IMG/VR virus record: IMGVR_UViG_3300044641_007991
Span: 10,281-74,280 of that record
DNA from: a virus
Direction: 5' to 3' (one strand)
Length of the DNA: 64,000 nucleotides
The notes beneath the pieces are model-generated. The model did no database searches. It was not told the origin of the DNA and saw only the letters and a list, made by a program, of their open reading frames with translations. Positions 39,775 through 50,347 of the stretch are shown here, one piece after another. The position numbers were made by a program, and so were the translations under genes. The first letter of the stretch is position 1. Every line of letters starts with the position of its first letter.

Positions 39775-40065
39775 TTATTTCTCCAGAGTAGTTGTTTCGT
39801 AACTGGTAATCAATTTGTAAAGTTCTACAGTATGATAATCTAATTTTTGCCGTAATTCTCGATCACCAACCCATGCAATTTTTCTATTCAATTTATCTAA
39901 TTTCTTTAGTAATTTTTCTTGCAAAATATCATCAATAAGTTTCATGTTTTTATCCGGTTCTAAATTTTGTTTGTAGCTTGGATCCCATAACTGTAGAGAA
40001 CGTTCATATGTTAAACCACGAAATCCGCGTTTTGATAAATGTAAAGACTGTTCAAATGTTAGCAT
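39775..40065 (-). CDS. Hypothetical protein
   Basis: Operon ORF; start uncertain. Confidence 0.5.
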   Translation of the reverse strand: MLTFEQSLHLSKRGFRGLTYERSLQLWDPSYKQNLEPDKNMKLIDDILQEKLLKKLDKLNRKIAWVGDRELRQKLDYHTVELYKLITSYETTTLEK

Positions 40066-40264
40066 CTGACCACGCTCCGCAGCAACATTCAGTTTCGCTA
40101 TGCGCAGCACAAATACAAACTCTGCTCAAATTACCAGTGGAAAGATCCAAATCGTATCCAATCGAACCGAATTCATCGCTACGCAAAACCAGAGTAGGGT
40201 ATCTAGGATCTTCATAGGATACCCATGCTTCTATACCTAACTGCTTATCAATAATCATAATCAA
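40052..40264 (-). CDS. Small Cys-rich protein
   Basis: RVCICAAHSETECCCGAW. Confidence 0.6.
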   Translation of the reverse strand: MIMIIDKQLGIEAWVSYEDPRYPTLVLRSDEFGSIGYDLDLSTGNLSRVCICAAHSETECCCGAWSDANI

Positions 40265-40302
40265 CCTCCATACAGCAATTATACTTTAGTTTGACTATAA
40301 AG

Positions 40303-40530
40303 TCAAGCACTTTTAACCGTTGCCGAAATTTCTGGTATACAAGGAACAGGAATATTTGCTGACAAAATTGAAATTTGCCAACTATGATACGCATCATCTT
40401 TGAGATTTTGTTTCCATTTTAAATATGTTTGATGACACTGAACATTATATGGTTCATAAGGAATACACTCAACCATTCCAATATCGCTGACGGCAACTGC
40501 TATTTTAACTTCTGTGGTGGGTAACGTCAT
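40303..40530 (-). CDS. Hypothetical protein
   Basis: Ends KSA* in a promoter repeat. Confidence 0.55.
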   Translation of the reverse strand: MTLPTTEVKIAVAVSDIGMVECIPYEPYNVQCHQTYLKWKQNLKDDAYHSWQISILSANIPVPCIPEISATVKSA

Positions 40531-40848
40531 ATCAATCATCCCAACCATTTTTACCCATACTATATTTCGGTTCAGGTTGTTTATTTACAGGTTTACCCAT
40601 CCAATCTCTACTAAAACTATCAGAAGTAGAAAATGAAGTTTCACCTTGAAACAATCCAGTTTTAGAATTATATTCTTTACGACCCCAACCATATCTTCGT
40701 TTATAAATTGCCATTAGTTTCCACCCGATTAATTTCAATTAATTCTTGTTCAACACGTTGAGGTTCAGGTACTGCTGGAGCATATTTAGTTGCCACAGTA
40801 TAAACTGCCCATGTTAAACAAATCATTACCACAACGCTATAAATTATT

Positions 40849-41070
40849 TCACTTATTTTCATTACCAGATTCCCACGCCCAATTTACAACAACCCAATCA
40901 TCAATACAATCATGTTCAGTATAATTTTGATTGACATATTCTGTGCCAAATTTATTACACATTTGAGTGTACCAATAAGACCAATATTGTGTAATAATTT
41001 CGCCTTCAGATAATGTTACTACAACTGGATTACCTAATTCATTAAACGGACTGTAACACCAATATTTCAT
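40849..41070 (-). CDS. Conserved phage protein (EI..QYW.YW..M..K..DCIDDWVVVNWAWE)
   Basis: Motif. Confidence 0.7.
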   Translation of the reverse strand: MKYWCYSPFNELGNPVVVTLSEGEIITQYWSYWYTQMCNKFGTEYVNQNYTEHDCIDDWVVVNWAWESGNENK

Positions 41071-41291
41071 GCATTTTCTCGTAAATAATCATACGCAAAA
41101 TCTCTGAACACGGTATCAGATAAACCCCAGCAAAACGCAATTCCCTGAATTTCTGGCGGCAATTGTTCAAATATTTCTTGTAGGGATTCTGGGGTATGAC
41201 TAATATCTGTTGCTAATACTACGCAATCATGGAAATTATCCACTGCATTATGCTCGTTGTCTAAATCAAATAATTGTTCAAGAGTAAACAT
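41067..41291 (-). CDS. Hypothetical protein (WGLSDTVFRD)
   Basis: Motif and operon position. Confidence 0.65.
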   Translation of the reverse strand: MFTLEQLFDLDNEHNAVDNFHDCVVLATDISHTPESLQEIFEQLPPEIQGIAFCWGLSDTVFRDFAYDYLRENA

Positions 41292-41293
41292 AA

Positions 41294-41575
41294 TTATAAC
41301 CTATATCCGTACATTTTGTTTATAATCGTTGGGTTAACAGGAGCTACGCCCATTTTAATTCTAAGTAAATTCATAGATCTAATTGGTCGTTTAGCGTAAA
41401 ATGGTAGAATTTCTTCGCTATATCTAGCACGTTTTTCTGCTAACCACAATTTAATTGGTTTAGAAACAAATGTTACAACTTCAAATGGTTCCCAACCCCA
41501 AGGTCTAATTCTGCGTTCGATTCTTTTTTTAACGCTATTATACATTTTCCAACGAATTCTAGCTTTAATTTTCAT
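41294..41575 (-). CDS. Basic hypothetical protein
   Basis: Operon ORF. Confidence 0.55.
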   Translation of the reverse strand: MKIKARIRWKMYNSVKKRIERRIRPWGWEPFEVVTFVSKPIKLWLAEKRARYSEEILPFYAKRPIRSMNLLRIKMGVAPVNPTIINKMYGYRL

Positions 41576-41930
41576 TTAACTGCCTCATTTGAAGTAATTG
41601 TTGTATTACTGCTGCATCTATTTCTGCTCGCATTTCATCTGCCATAACAGTAATCATCTCTCGTTCTTTAGCCATTCTAGATCTATGAGCTAGAATATCT
41701 CTATTATACGAACCTAGAAAATGATTACATAATAATTTGTTGCGTTGTTTAACAGTTCTAGCTGCAATTTTAAACTTAGGTTTTAATCGCTGTTTATCTC
41801 GTTTTGGGTAATACCCAAATAAACGTCTGGCATAATCTATAGAGTCAACTTCCCAAGTAGCTTTAAGCATCCTAGGAGGTGCAGATACCACCGACGAATC
41901 TATCATAATTTCTTTAAGCGTTTCTGTCAT
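41565..41930 (-). CDS. Hypothetical protein with short motifs recalling major-capsid segments (R.LKA.W; M..EID)
   Basis: PRMLKATWE and MADEMRAEIDAAVI. Confidence 0.55.
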   Translation of the reverse strand: MTETLKEIMIDSSVVSAPPRMLKATWEVDSIDYARRLFGYYPKRDKQRLKPKFKIAARTVKQRNKLLCNHFLGSYNRDILAHRSRMAKEREMITVMADEMRAEIDAAVIQQLLQMRQLNEN

Positions 41931-42105
41931 AAAATTCTCGTGCTGCTAAAAATTCCTCAAAAAATTCCTGTGCTGTAATTTCTATTCCATGTTTACCCAA
42001 CATATCCATTAATTGTTCAGGATCAAAAACTAATGTAAGTTCTACTGTTGGAGTGAAATATTCAGTTAATCCAGTTTTTACGTTTTTAATTTTTTGAATA
42101 ATCAT
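41914..42105 (-). CDS. Hypothetical protein
   Basis: Operon ORF. Confidence 0.5.
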   Translation of the reverse strand: MIIQKIKNVKTGLTEYFTPTVELTLVFDPEQLMDMLGKHGIEITAQEFFEEFLAAREFYDRNA

Positions 42106-42341
42106 TATTTAACCCCAAAATAACGGTTAATATCAGAGTTAATCCAAGCAGAATTTTCTAATACAGTTCGACCAAGATCTGCGGATTCATTAGAAGTTGC
42201 CTCTACTATATTCAAACATTCTTGAATAATCAACTGTGCGAATTTTTCCGTGTAGCATTGCAACAGAGTAGGCGAATAAATGCTATATTGTTCAGCGAAA
42301 ATATATGCTTCATCAGATAAAGTTTTAAGGTTTTCGTTCAT
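42105..42341 (-). CDS. MNE/EKFAELII family small protein
   Basis: EKFAQLIIQEC...YFGVK. Confidence 0.7.
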   Translation of the reverse strand: MNENLKTLSDEAYIFAEQYSIYSPTLLQCYTEKFAQLIIQECLNIVEATSNESADLGRTVLENSAWINSDINRYFGVK

Positions 42342-42344
42342 AAT

Positions 42345-42575
42345 TTAATCCCAAAATTTATGATAAATTTCTTCTGCTAATGCATCAGCTTTGTTATAGT
42401 TTGAACCGTATACCACACTAATACATTTTGTAACAATTAACTCAGCAAATTGATTAATTTCTTCTTCTGTCATACCATACAGTTTAGATGTTTCATATAT
42501 GGTAGTGGGTATAACTAATGGACTATAAGTTTCGCCTTTTATTTGCTGTAATAATCTTTTAATTTTCTCGTTCAT
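42345..42575 (-). CDS. MNE/EKFAELII family small protein
   Basis: MNEKIK..QFAELIVTKC. Confidence 0.65.
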   Translation of the reverse strand: MNEKIKRLLQQIKGETYSPLVIPTTIYETSKLYGMTEEEINQFAELIVTKCISVVYGSNYNKADALAEEIYHKFWD

Positions 42576-42802
42576 GATCTCCCCAAAAATAACCAAGGAA
42601 CGCCATTACCGTCATCTCCACCATAATCTACATTTTGTGTCGACCACCAATATTTACCGTCTTTCTTTTTCGCAGGAAGCTCTAATTCTTCAAATAAATT
42701 ATAGTCGCCTTGTCGGCCACCAACAACTCCGATATCCGTTTCTGGAGGTAGGGATTGCAAGTATTCAATCAATTCGGCTGCAGTGGTCATAATTTTCTCC
42801 AA
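42572..42802 (-). CDS. Hypothetical protein (ELIEYLQSLP)
   Basis: First gene behind promoter 42856. Confidence 0.65.
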   Translation of the reverse strand: MEKIMTTAAELIEYLQSLPPETDIGVVGGRQGDYNLFEELELPAKKKDGKYWWSTQNVDYGGDDGNGVPWLFLGRS

Positions 42803-42936
42803 TTAATCAAGATAAAGTTAAGTATAGATTCATTATACTTGAGTCGCATGTTAAAGTCAAGCACTTTTTTCAAAATATCTTGCATATGATTGTTCTGAAT
42901 ATTAATATTTTTTTCTGTCATCGCTGTTCTCCTAAT

Positions 42937-43575
42937 CTACTCCGCAATATAAGGTGTTGTAACATAACATACTGATTTACCATCAAAAGCGGATTTAAAT
43001 GTGATCTTACCATCGCGCTTAACAACTAATTCAAATTCTACTCCTGGGGCATCCATATGACTAAAATCCTCGAACATTTCTTGCCACTGATAACCAAATT
43101 TATAAACATAAGATTTAATTAATTTTTTGGTATTAAAAATCCATGTTTTAGATACAGTATGTTCATTGGCTAAGACAATTTGACGATCAACTGTAGGTAA
43201 AATTTTTTCCAGAGCAGTTTTTTCTGCTCGAGTTACCTGCGCATAATAATACCCAATCTCTGTATTATCCACTATCCAAGTTTTGCCTAGAGATCCGCGC
43301 ACAATTTCCTGTAATTGCGACTCAACTGTTTTCGCTATTTTAATTTTAAGAGAATAAGATTTTGCTGTATTTTCTTCATCTTCAGGTAAATATTGTCCAC
43401 CTAGATAACGATTACCATCAATCCAGATGTAATTATCGCAAGGAGCGTGCTGACGACCGCTACGATCAAGAGTTGGTTTACGGTCATAGTTGTCAACAAT
43501 CGCGCCTTGCACACGAGCTTCGTAAGCTGCATTAACAGCGTCAACACAGGTTTTGATATCAGCGATAGTAGTCAT
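42937..43575 (-). CDS. Hypothetical early protein
   Basis: GR.HAPCDNY.W...YLGGQYLP; GGAGAGA RBS after a cassette. Confidence 0.75.
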   Translation of the reverse strand: MTTIADIKTCVDAVNAAYEARVQGAIVDNYDRKPTLDRSGRQHAPCDNYIWIDGNRYLGGQYLPEDEENTAKSYSLKIKIAKTVESQLQEIVRGSLGKTWIVDNTEIGYYYAQVTRAEKTALEKILPTVDRQIVLANEHTVSKTWIFNTKKLIKSYVYKFGYQWQEMFEDFSHMDAPGVEFELVVKRDGKITFKSAFDGKSVCYVTTPYIAE

Positions 43576-43659
43576 AATATTCTCTCCAGAGTAGAAGGTC
43601 AGGACAAACCCAACCTATGCACCTATTGTACCGCAACTGAATCTAGAAGTCAAACACTT

Positions 43660-43857
43660 TCATCCGCTGGCGCTAAGTTTTATTTCAGAAATACAATTTC
43701 TAAGAACTTCCATAGAATGAACCGAACCATGTGTAAACCAAATCCTCACACTAGATTCCCCTGTATCAACTGCAATACAATGTTGACCGTGTAAATGAAA
43801 TAGTGGTTGTGCGGTACTTGGTTGATTTATCCAAGCTCTATACATTCTTTGAGTCAT
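43660..43857 (-). CDS. Conserved phage protein (AWINQPSTAQP.H..HG)
   Basis: Motif. Confidence 0.65.
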   Translation of the reverse strand: MTQRMYRAWINQPSTAQPLFHLHGQHCIAVDTGESSVRIWFTHGSVHSMEVLRNCISEIKLSASG

Positions 43858-44021
43858 AACTTATTCATCCAAATTAACAGATAACACTTCCCATTGAATA
43901 TCTTCATCGTCATCCATTAATTTAATAGCATTCAAACGAGCTAGAGCATAATTACTATATGCTCTATACACATCAATATAACCGTCTGCATCTGTTCTAG
44001 CAACAATATAAATTTTCATAA

Positions 44022-44372
44022 TTAATCCAACCTTGATTCAGCATAAGCATCAAAACCATAACCTTGTAACACAGCAGCATAAGCTGCAGCACCAGCATAT
44101 AAACAGTCTACGTTCTGTACAGGCATTGAAGCAGGATTCCATAAGTAGATACCTCGACTCCAAGATTTTTGAAAACCTACAGCAGCCATGGCTCGGCCAA
44201 TTTTGGTGTTTAATCGAACACCCTGTACAGTTACCCACGAAAATCCACAAGCATATTGATCTCGACCACCCAACTTTTCGGTAAAATATTTTTCAGCGGC
44301 TGCACGAGCAGCAGCAGTTGCTTCAGCATGGATCGTTTCAATACTATATTCACCAGATTTAATATCTAACAT
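44022..44372 (-). CDS. Conserved phage protein (CGFSWV...Q....AGA.AYA.VL..YG..AY.ESRLD)
   Basis: Motif; start set by the GGAG RBS. Confidence 0.75.
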   Translation of the reverse strand: MLDIKSGEYSIETIHAEATAAARAAAEKYFTEKLGGRDQYACGFSWVTVQGVRLNTKIGRAMAAVGFQKSWSRGIYLWNPASMPVQNVDCLYAGAAAYAAVLQGYGFDAYAESRLD

Positions 44373-44720
44373 CTTCATCTCCAATTTACATTTAATATTC
44401 TTTTTTGATTTTGGTTTAATATCGTCAATATTTTGCCACATATTATTTTGAAATCGCTCTGTAGAGATCATAATAATATCCTAAAGTAAATTTAATTTTC
44501 GTAATAAATGTTCAAAAGATTCGTGTAATGTTCGTTCTTGCGTACCCACATATTTTCCGTTATAACTCCGCCAATAATTTTCTCGCATTGATCTACGATA
44601 ACCATTCGTTTCAAGAGCTTTAACCATCATTTCTTCAGTAAAATTATACATCTTCATCTCCAAGTAAGTAGAAACGACTGTTTCAGTATAGAACAATTAT
44701 ACATGTATCAGCACCGCAGG

Positions 44721-44903
44721 TCAAGCACTTTTTTCTTGCGCTAAAAATTCTTGATACTGTTTAGGTGTACTGTAAAATCGGATAACCTGTTTTAATGCAG
44801 GACCAAAATCTGGATCATCATGATCAAATTTATAAGATTCAATCAAATCTTTACGAATAATTTCCGATACTTGTTCATTGTCTAGCTCTAATTCAATTTT
44901 CAT
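44721..44903 (-). CDS. Hypothetical protein
   Basis: Ends KSA* in a promoter repeat. Confidence 0.55.
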   Translation of the reverse strand: MKIELELDNEQVSEIIRKDLIESYKFDHDDPDFGPALKQVIRFYSTPKQYQEFLAQEKSA

Positions 44904-44905
44904 GT

Positions 44906-45109
44906 TTATTCCACCCTGCTGTTTGACATTTTCTCTAACAAATTTTCAATATATTTAATTCGATTTCTGTAATAGAGAATATCTGCTTCTCTATTTCCTT
45001 CTGACATACAATCCATAATTTCCATGTTACAGACACTAATTTCATCATGAATTAAGTGCATAACAGTTTCGGCTTCACGATCGTCTACTATAAAATCAAA
45101 ATGAATCAT
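44906..45109 (-). CDS. Hypothetical protein
   Basis: RBS AAGG. Confidence 0.55.
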   Translation of the reverse strand: MIHFDFIVDDREAETVMHLIHDEISVCNMEIMDCMSEGNREADILYYRNRIKYIENLLEKMSNSRVE

Positions 45110-45398
45110 GTTGCATACCTTATTCCTCTGTGATAATTAATTTCGGAACATATCTAAATCTATATACACCCGCTCCTATAATATCAGACAATTCTGATAC
45201 CGTAATATTACCAATATCGTTTACAGCTGTTGAGTCATCCCATATAGCACCTGAGTGTAAATTTATCAAACTGACGCCACCTACGCTACCGCGATCAAAA
45301 CTGCTAACATATAATATATATTTTCATATACAAAAACGTCACCAACAGTATATGAGTCTTTACCTAAAGGTTTATTTTGAAATAATTTTTGAGTCATA

Positions 45399-46190
45399 TT
45401 ACCAATCCCATTGTTGATCACACAAAATCCAACCACCAGCTGCATAAATTTCATGAATAGTATCAATTTCGTATGTTTTGCTACGAATACCAATATAAAC
45501 AAATTCACTATCGCTTAATGGCTCAGAACAACTTTTAAATCCATAACAAATACTCTGCATCTGTGAAGTTAATTCAACAGGTGCTTTTAATACCGGAAAT
45601 AATCTACTACCAAATAAATCGTCTTCAACGGTACATTCTGCAATTGCTCTATCAGCATCTGACCAGACTGCGCATTTACCTAATCCAACGATTGTATCTG
45701 CATGAAATTCATTTAACCACTCTTGAGGAACAATACTATCCCAGCTAGAAGTAGAAACATCAAATTCTAGTGGAAATTCAGCCCATCTACAAGTATTGAT
45801 ATAATCAATTTTATCTGGATCACCACCAAAATCGCCACCAAGTGTATAAGCCAACCCACCAGTAATAACTTGACGACATTTTTCTTTTACTGCAGGATCT
45901 GCTAGATATTCTGTTAAACTGGAATATTCTCGTGGATTAGATCTACCACCATTCATATGTTCCATAACAACGGTTTTAACTAATTTACCAGAAAAGGCTC
46001 GTCGTTGGAATTCCTCACCTGCAGCACCAAAATAATTTAGCGGAAATGGATTAGGAATATAACCTGCACCAATGCATTCGCTATCATCGTCATCGGTGTA
46101 AACACCTACCCAGATTCTAGATTGATCTGGAGTTTTAAAATCCGCGTTAGTTGGAGCATAATGTGCAACGTTAATTTCAATTTTATTCAT
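45399..46190 (-). CDS. Hypothetical protein
   Basis: 263-aa ORF with GAGG RBS. Confidence 0.75.
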   Translation of the reverse strand: MNKIEINVAHYAPTNADFKTPDQSRIWVGVYTDDDDSECIGAGYIPNPFPLNYFGAAGEEFQRRAFSGKLVKTVVMEHMNGGRSNPREYSSLTEYLADPAVKEKCRQVITGGLAYTLGGDFGGDPDKIDYINTCRWAEFPLEFDVSTSSWDSIVPQEWLNEFHADTIVGLGKCAVWSDADRAIAECTVEDDLFGSRLFPVLKAPVELTSQMQSICYGFKSCSEPLSDSEFVYIGIRSKTYEIDTIHEIYAAGGWILCDQQWDW

Positions 46191-46378
46191 ATTTTAATTT
46201 CCTCTAGGATTTCGTATTGCTCGTCAAATGTTTGCTGAGATAGCGGCTCTTCCCAACCAAATCTGTACCATTCACTTCGCCAATTTTTCCCATAATAGAT
46301 CAATTGTTTCATTATTTGAATTTGATTAAATTTTAATAATTTAACCTTGTAATATTTAATTGCCCAGTTTTGCGCCAT
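46187..46378 (-). CDS. Hypothetical protein
   Basis: Operon ORF. Confidence 0.5.
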   Translation of the reverse strand: MAQNWAIKYYKVKLLKFNQIQIMKQLIYYGKNWRSEWYRFGWEEPLSQQTFDEQYEILEEIKI

Positions 46379-46390
46379 ATATTTTTCCTA

Positions 46391-46879
46391 TTAAATTAAA
46401 CCGGATTCAGCAAAACTATATGTTGTATCACCAATAATAATATGATCCAACACGCGAATATCAAATAACTCTAGAGCGGATTTTAATTTATGAGTGATAT
46501 TTCTATCTGCGCTACTTGGAACCGAAATACCGGATGGGTGGTTATGAGCTAGAATAACCGCTGCAGCATTCAATTCCAGAGCCAGTTTCGCTACTTCTCG
46601 TGGATAAACCGCAGCCGAATCAATTGTTCCGCGAAACATTTCTGTATAGTCAATTAAATAATTTTGATTATCTAGGAATAATACAGAGAAAACCTCATGT
46701 TCTAATTGTTGTAATTTACATCTTACAAATTGTTTTGATTGATTAGGACTGGTAAAAGCAGTTGTTTTGGTGCGTAGACGCGATTCCAGGATACTCATTG
46801 CCTGGGCGATAACAGCGTCTTCAGCAACAGTTGAGGTTACAGCATAGGTTGCAGCAGATTCAGTTTTCACGGTATTCAT
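46391..46879 (-). CDS. radC: RadC-like JAB domain protein
   Basis: EHEVFSVLFLD, GTIDSAAVYPREV, ILAHNHPSG..PSSADRNIT, LDHIIIG. Confidence 0.92.
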   Translation of the reverse strand: MNTVKTESAATYAVTSTVAEDAVIAQAMSILESRLRTKTTAFTSPNQSKQFVRCKLQQLEHEVFSVLFLDNQNYLIDYTEMFRGTIDSAAVYPREVAKLALELNAAAVILAHNHPSGISVPSSADRNITHKLKSALELFDIRVLDHIIIGDTTYSFAESGLI

Positions 46880-46954
46880 AGATCTCTCCTCAGTTCAAAG
46901 TATAGATTCATTATACGCTTTTTTGGTTGGAGAGTCAAGCACTTTTTAAAAAAT

Positions 46955-47251
46955 TTACACTACATCGCCATTTTTATATCTATCATGCCAAATTGACATA
47001 AGATCCTGTTGACGTTTCTCCTCTTGTAAGCGCAGCATTCTAGCTTCATATTCAGCATCTGTTTCATATCGCCATGTTACGAGATCTAGATCTCCATCAC
47101 CGAAACATAAACAATGATCGTATCCTTCTGGTATCATATTTTGCAATTCTTCTAGATATTCAACTACCTCAGGAATAGTGTGCTCTTCAAATTTAACATA
47201 TAGATCAATAGAATGGAATTTTACGTCTCTTTGTCTTCTATTTTGCGTCAT
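46955..47251 (-). CDS. Hypothetical protein (R.ETD.EY.AR family)
   Basis: Shares its motif with 50348-50734. Confidence 0.65.
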   Translation of the reverse strand: MTQNRRQRDVKFHSIDLYVKFEEHTIPEVVEYLEELQNMIPEGYDHCLCFGDGDLDLVTWRYETDAEYEARMLRLQEEKRQQDLMSIWHDRYKNGDVV

Positions 47252-47484
47252 TATTTTACCTCAAAATGTTTTTTAACCCAACCAGTTATTTCTTTCGCAT
47301 AACCGCTTGAGAAGTTGTATTGAAGGTGATCATAGAATTCTTCTATAACATCTTGGATAATTAACTCGGCAAATTTTTCTTCATTTAATCGTGTTCCGCG
47401 ATTATTATCGCCATCACAATCACTGTAGGTATAAGTTTCCATTGCCTGTTTTCTAAGTTCTGCAATTCTATCGTTCATTTTCAA
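47251..47484 (-). CDS. MNE/EKFAELII family small protein
   Basis: EKFAELIIQD...KHFEVK. Confidence 0.7.
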   Translation of the reverse strand: MKMNDRIAELRKQAMETYTYSDCDGDNNRGTRLNEEKFAELIIQDVIEEFYDHLQYNFSSGYAKEITGWVKKHFEVK

Positions 47485-47719
47485 AATACTCTTTAAGTGC
47501 GGTTAATGAAGCAGCATGTACACAATAAGATCCTACAGGAGTATCTGGATACCATCTAATTTCCCATAATTCATCGGTTTGGACTGATAAGTTTTGTTGT
47601 TCAGTTGAGATAAATTCGCTACTATAATCTTTAAAATATTGCTCTACTGTTTCATAATAATCTTTATGTGGGTTGTGGGAAATATACAACCCACATTTAT
47701 GTTCTGGTAACCAATTCAT
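47468..47719 (-). CDS. Conserved phage protein (HN.HKDYYE..W...WYPDTPVG)
   Basis: Motif. Confidence 0.7.
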   Translation of the reverse strand: MNWLPEHKCGLYISHNPHKDYYETVEQYFKDYSSEFISTEQQNLSVQTDELWEIRWYPDTPVGSYCVHAASLTALKEYFENER

Positions 47720-47949
47720 TATTCAAGTCCAAAATGTTGTTTAATTGAATCATGAACTGCTCTAACACCGTTATAGTATTGATTTCTTTGGAGTTGAGAA
47801 TGTATATCACAAAGATGTAAACATTCCTGAATAATTAACTCAGCGAAATATTGATCTTCTGGATATATGTCCAACTCACAATTTTTATATTCTTCCCCAA
47901 AATATTCATACAATGCTCTATTGTACAATTGTTTAATTTTCTCGTTCAT
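47719..47949 (-). CDS. MNE/EKFAELII family small protein
   Basis: FAELIIQEC...IKQHFGLE. Confidence 0.7.
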   Translation of the reverse strand: MNEKIKQLYNRALYEYFGEEYKNCELDIYPEDQYFAELIIQECLHLCDIHSQLQRNQYYNGVRAVHDSIKQHFGLE

Positions 47950-48323
47950 TCTTTATCCTCAAAATGTTCTGATGCCCAACGAATTTTTGGATTAATCTTT
48001 TCATATTCTTCGACTAATTGATTCAAAGTCCACATTGTTTCTGTTTTAAATTTTCTTAACCATACCGAAAACCGTGCATAATCTTCGCCGTGCATAATTG
48101 GTAAACCAAGTTCATCACCATACGGTTCACCTGTACCATAAACGTCTATTCTACCACCTGACCAACGTTCAGTGATGTCTGTATAAGAAAATACATCACC
48201 TTTTTTCTTAGCAGTAAATGCACTATCTTCAGTTAAGGTTTTGGTGACAGTTTCGGTTAAACCACGTTCGTGATACCAGTTTATGTTGACTGGTCCCATC
48301 CAATTTGTACTATAACTGATCAT
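47946..48323 (-). CDS. Conserved phage protein (YSTNWMGP...GRIDV)
   Basis: Motif and operon position. Confidence 0.7.
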   Translation of the reverse strand: MISYSTNWMGPVNINWYHERGLTETVTKTLTEDSAFTAKKKGDVFSYTDITERWSGGRIDVYGTGEPYGDELGLPIMHGEDYARFSVWLRKFKTETMWTLNQLVEEYEKINPKIRWASEHFEDKE

Positions 48324-48550
48324 TATTCAAGTCCAAAATGTTGTTTGATATCATAAACGCAATGTAATCTTCCGGTATTGTAATCGCTATTACTAACACC
48401 ACCAGTTTTACAAACAATAACACATTCTTTAATAATTAACTCGGCAAATTTTTCCAATTCCTCTGAGAAATTATCATTTCCATACCCATCGGTTTTAACA
48501 TAAACATGGGATGTGCATTCTTCATACAATTCTTTAATTTTCTCATTCAT
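48323..48550 (-). CDS. MNE/EKFAELII family small protein
   Basis: DNFSEELEKFAELIIKEC...IKQHFGLE. Confidence 0.7.
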   Translation of the reverse strand: MNEKIKELYEECTSHVYVKTDGYGNDNFSEELEKFAELIIKECVIVCKTGGVSNSDYNTGRLHCVYDIKQHFGLE

Positions 48551-48759
48551 TATTCAACTCCAAAATGTTTTAAAATTCTATTGGCGGATTGTAATTCTAT
48601 ACTATCCCTAGGATCAGGATTTTCTTGAACGCATACTCTAGCGCATTCTTTAATAATCAACTCGGCAAATTTTTCTAATTCCTCTGAGAAATTATCATCA
48701 GAATCCGCACCCCATTCTATAAGTTTCGGTGATAACAATTCTTTAATTTTACTGTTCAT
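48550..48759 (-). CDS. MNE/EKFAELII family small protein
   Basis: DNFSEELEKFAELIIKEC...KHFGVE. Confidence 0.7.
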   Translation of the reverse strand: MNSKIKELLSPKLIEWGADSDDNFSEELEKFAELIIKECARVCVQENPDPRDSIELQSANRILKHFGVE

Positions 48760-48824
48760 TATTTAATCCTGTAATTTCGCTATAGGTTCTGCTCGTTTAA
48801 TTAATTCTGCAATTTTATCGTTCA

Positions 48825-49040
48825 TTAATTTTCCAGCGTAATAGTACCGTTAAATTCTTGAAAATCACCCATATTCCACTTAGTAGAATAATATCCAACA
48901 CTTGGAAGGAAATCCGTACCAGGACTTCTTAATACAGTTCCCATATTATCTGCATAAAATAACACTACAAAATTATGGGCATTAATTCCTAACCAAGGAT
49001 AAATGTGTTGTTTGGGTTTTGCGTTTGTTGTAATAATCAT
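48825..49040 (-). CDS. Hypothetical protein (IYP.LG..VVLF..W.MGDF..F.G.I.LEN family)
   Basis: Paralog of 51051-51269. Confidence 0.7.
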   Translation of the reverse strand: MIITTNAKPKQHIYPWLGINAHNFVVLFYADNMGTVLRSPGTDFLPSVGYYSTKWNMGDFQEFNGTITLEN

Positions 49041-49043
49041 AAT

Positions 49044-49367
49044 TTATAAGTTAATTGGTTTAAAATCATTGATAGATCGATGCCTGCCCCAACCTGAACG
49101 TTGGTTAACATAATAACGGTACTGTACATGACTGACTCTAACTGTAGAACCGATTCCTCGTTTGATAATGGCGAGTTTTAATGATTTTAGAGCAGGGAGA
49201 ATATCATTATATGCGGGAACTTTTGCATGGGAACTCTCGCCGCGATAATCCCATAAATGTGAACTATCATCATCAATATGTCCCCATTTAATTCTATTAA
49301 TTTTAGAAGACACTACCCAATATCCACTAGCAGTAATCCAATATTGTTCTTTAGTCGGTTTCATCAT
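49044..49367 (-). CDS. Hypothetical protein
   Basis: Start at MMKPTKEQ. Confidence 0.55.
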   Translation of the reverse strand: MMKPTKEQYWITASGYWVVSSKINRIKWGHIDDDSSHLWDYRGESSHAKVPAYNDILPALKSLKLAIIKRGIGSTVRVSHVQYRYYVNQRSGWGRHRSINDFKPINL

Positions 49368-49526
49368 AAAGTACCACCAATAAAATAATATGACTAAGTG
49401 CACCAAATATAAAACCATAAAGTGCCCAATAAGCTGGGTGAGTAATAATCTGATGTTCCTGTAAATGCATCCCACCAAAACTAAATGCTACGGCAAATGC
49501 TATTATCATAATCGCTTTTTTCATAA

Positions 49527-49733
49527 TTATTCCTCGACAATCCAACCCCAACATTCCCAACTTTCTGGATATGATAAAATAGAATATGCTTTAGCAGCCA
49601 CCAATTCTGGGCTAAGATCATTACAACGAACATACCATAAATTCTTATCGCTATCACGAAATGTCATTTCAGCGACCCAATGATTACTGTTGTGATATCG
49701 TTCGGTAATTATAATTTGTTCAACTCGGTTCAT
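49527..49733 (-). CDS. Hypothetical protein
   Basis: Operon ORF. Confidence 0.55.
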   Translation of the reverse strand: MNRVEQIIITERYHNSNHWVAEMTFRDSDKNLWYVRCNDLSPELVAAKAYSILSYPESWECWGWIVEE

Positions 49734-50252
49734 TTAATACCCCAAATCAATATAAATTCGCTCAGCATTATTTGCTGCAACCTTTTCCACCAAACTATCT
49801 GGAACAGTATCCATAATTACATCACTAGCATCCCAGCTCCATAAATATGGAAAATGTTTTCTGCTATAATACAATTCGTATATGTTAGATTTAAACTCTT
49901 CTTTACCGCCAATATACCCTAAAGATTTAGCAGCAATACTATTAACCCTAGCAACAGCGGTTTTTACTGGATGAGGAACTCTGATTAAGAATTCTTCATC
50001 TCGATTAAGAGCATTGTATTCTTCTTCAGGCAAATAAGCTATACCATCTACGCTATCCCAACTATACAAAATTAATGTAGGATCGTTGAATAATTCACGA
50101 TAATATTGGTCGTCGATAACCTCAACATCTATTTGTTGAATAAATTGATGTAAATGTTCGGGTAAAAATTCATATAATGTAATGTCGCTATTCAAATCAT
50201 CAATAGTTCGATCGCCGTTACCAAACTCAATTAAATCTGCACTAATTCCCAT
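49734..50252 (-). CDS. Acidic hypothetical protein
   Basis: GGAG RBS after a cassette. Confidence 0.7.
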   Translation of the reverse strand: MGISADLIEFGNGDRTIDDLNSDITLYEFLPEHLHQFIQQIDVEVIDDQYYRELFNDPTLILYSWDSVDGIAYLPEEEYNALNRDEEFLIRVPHPVKTAVARVNSIAAKSLGYIGGKEEFKSNIYELYYSRKHFPYLWSWDASDVIMDTVPDSLVEKVAANNAERIYIDLGY

Positions 50253-50347
50253 TATTATCTCCAGTAACAGAGTCAACCCCAGCGGTCAACCTATAGATCA
50301 ATTTTACACGTTTCTGTCTAGCATGTCAAGCACTTTTTACAATTTTT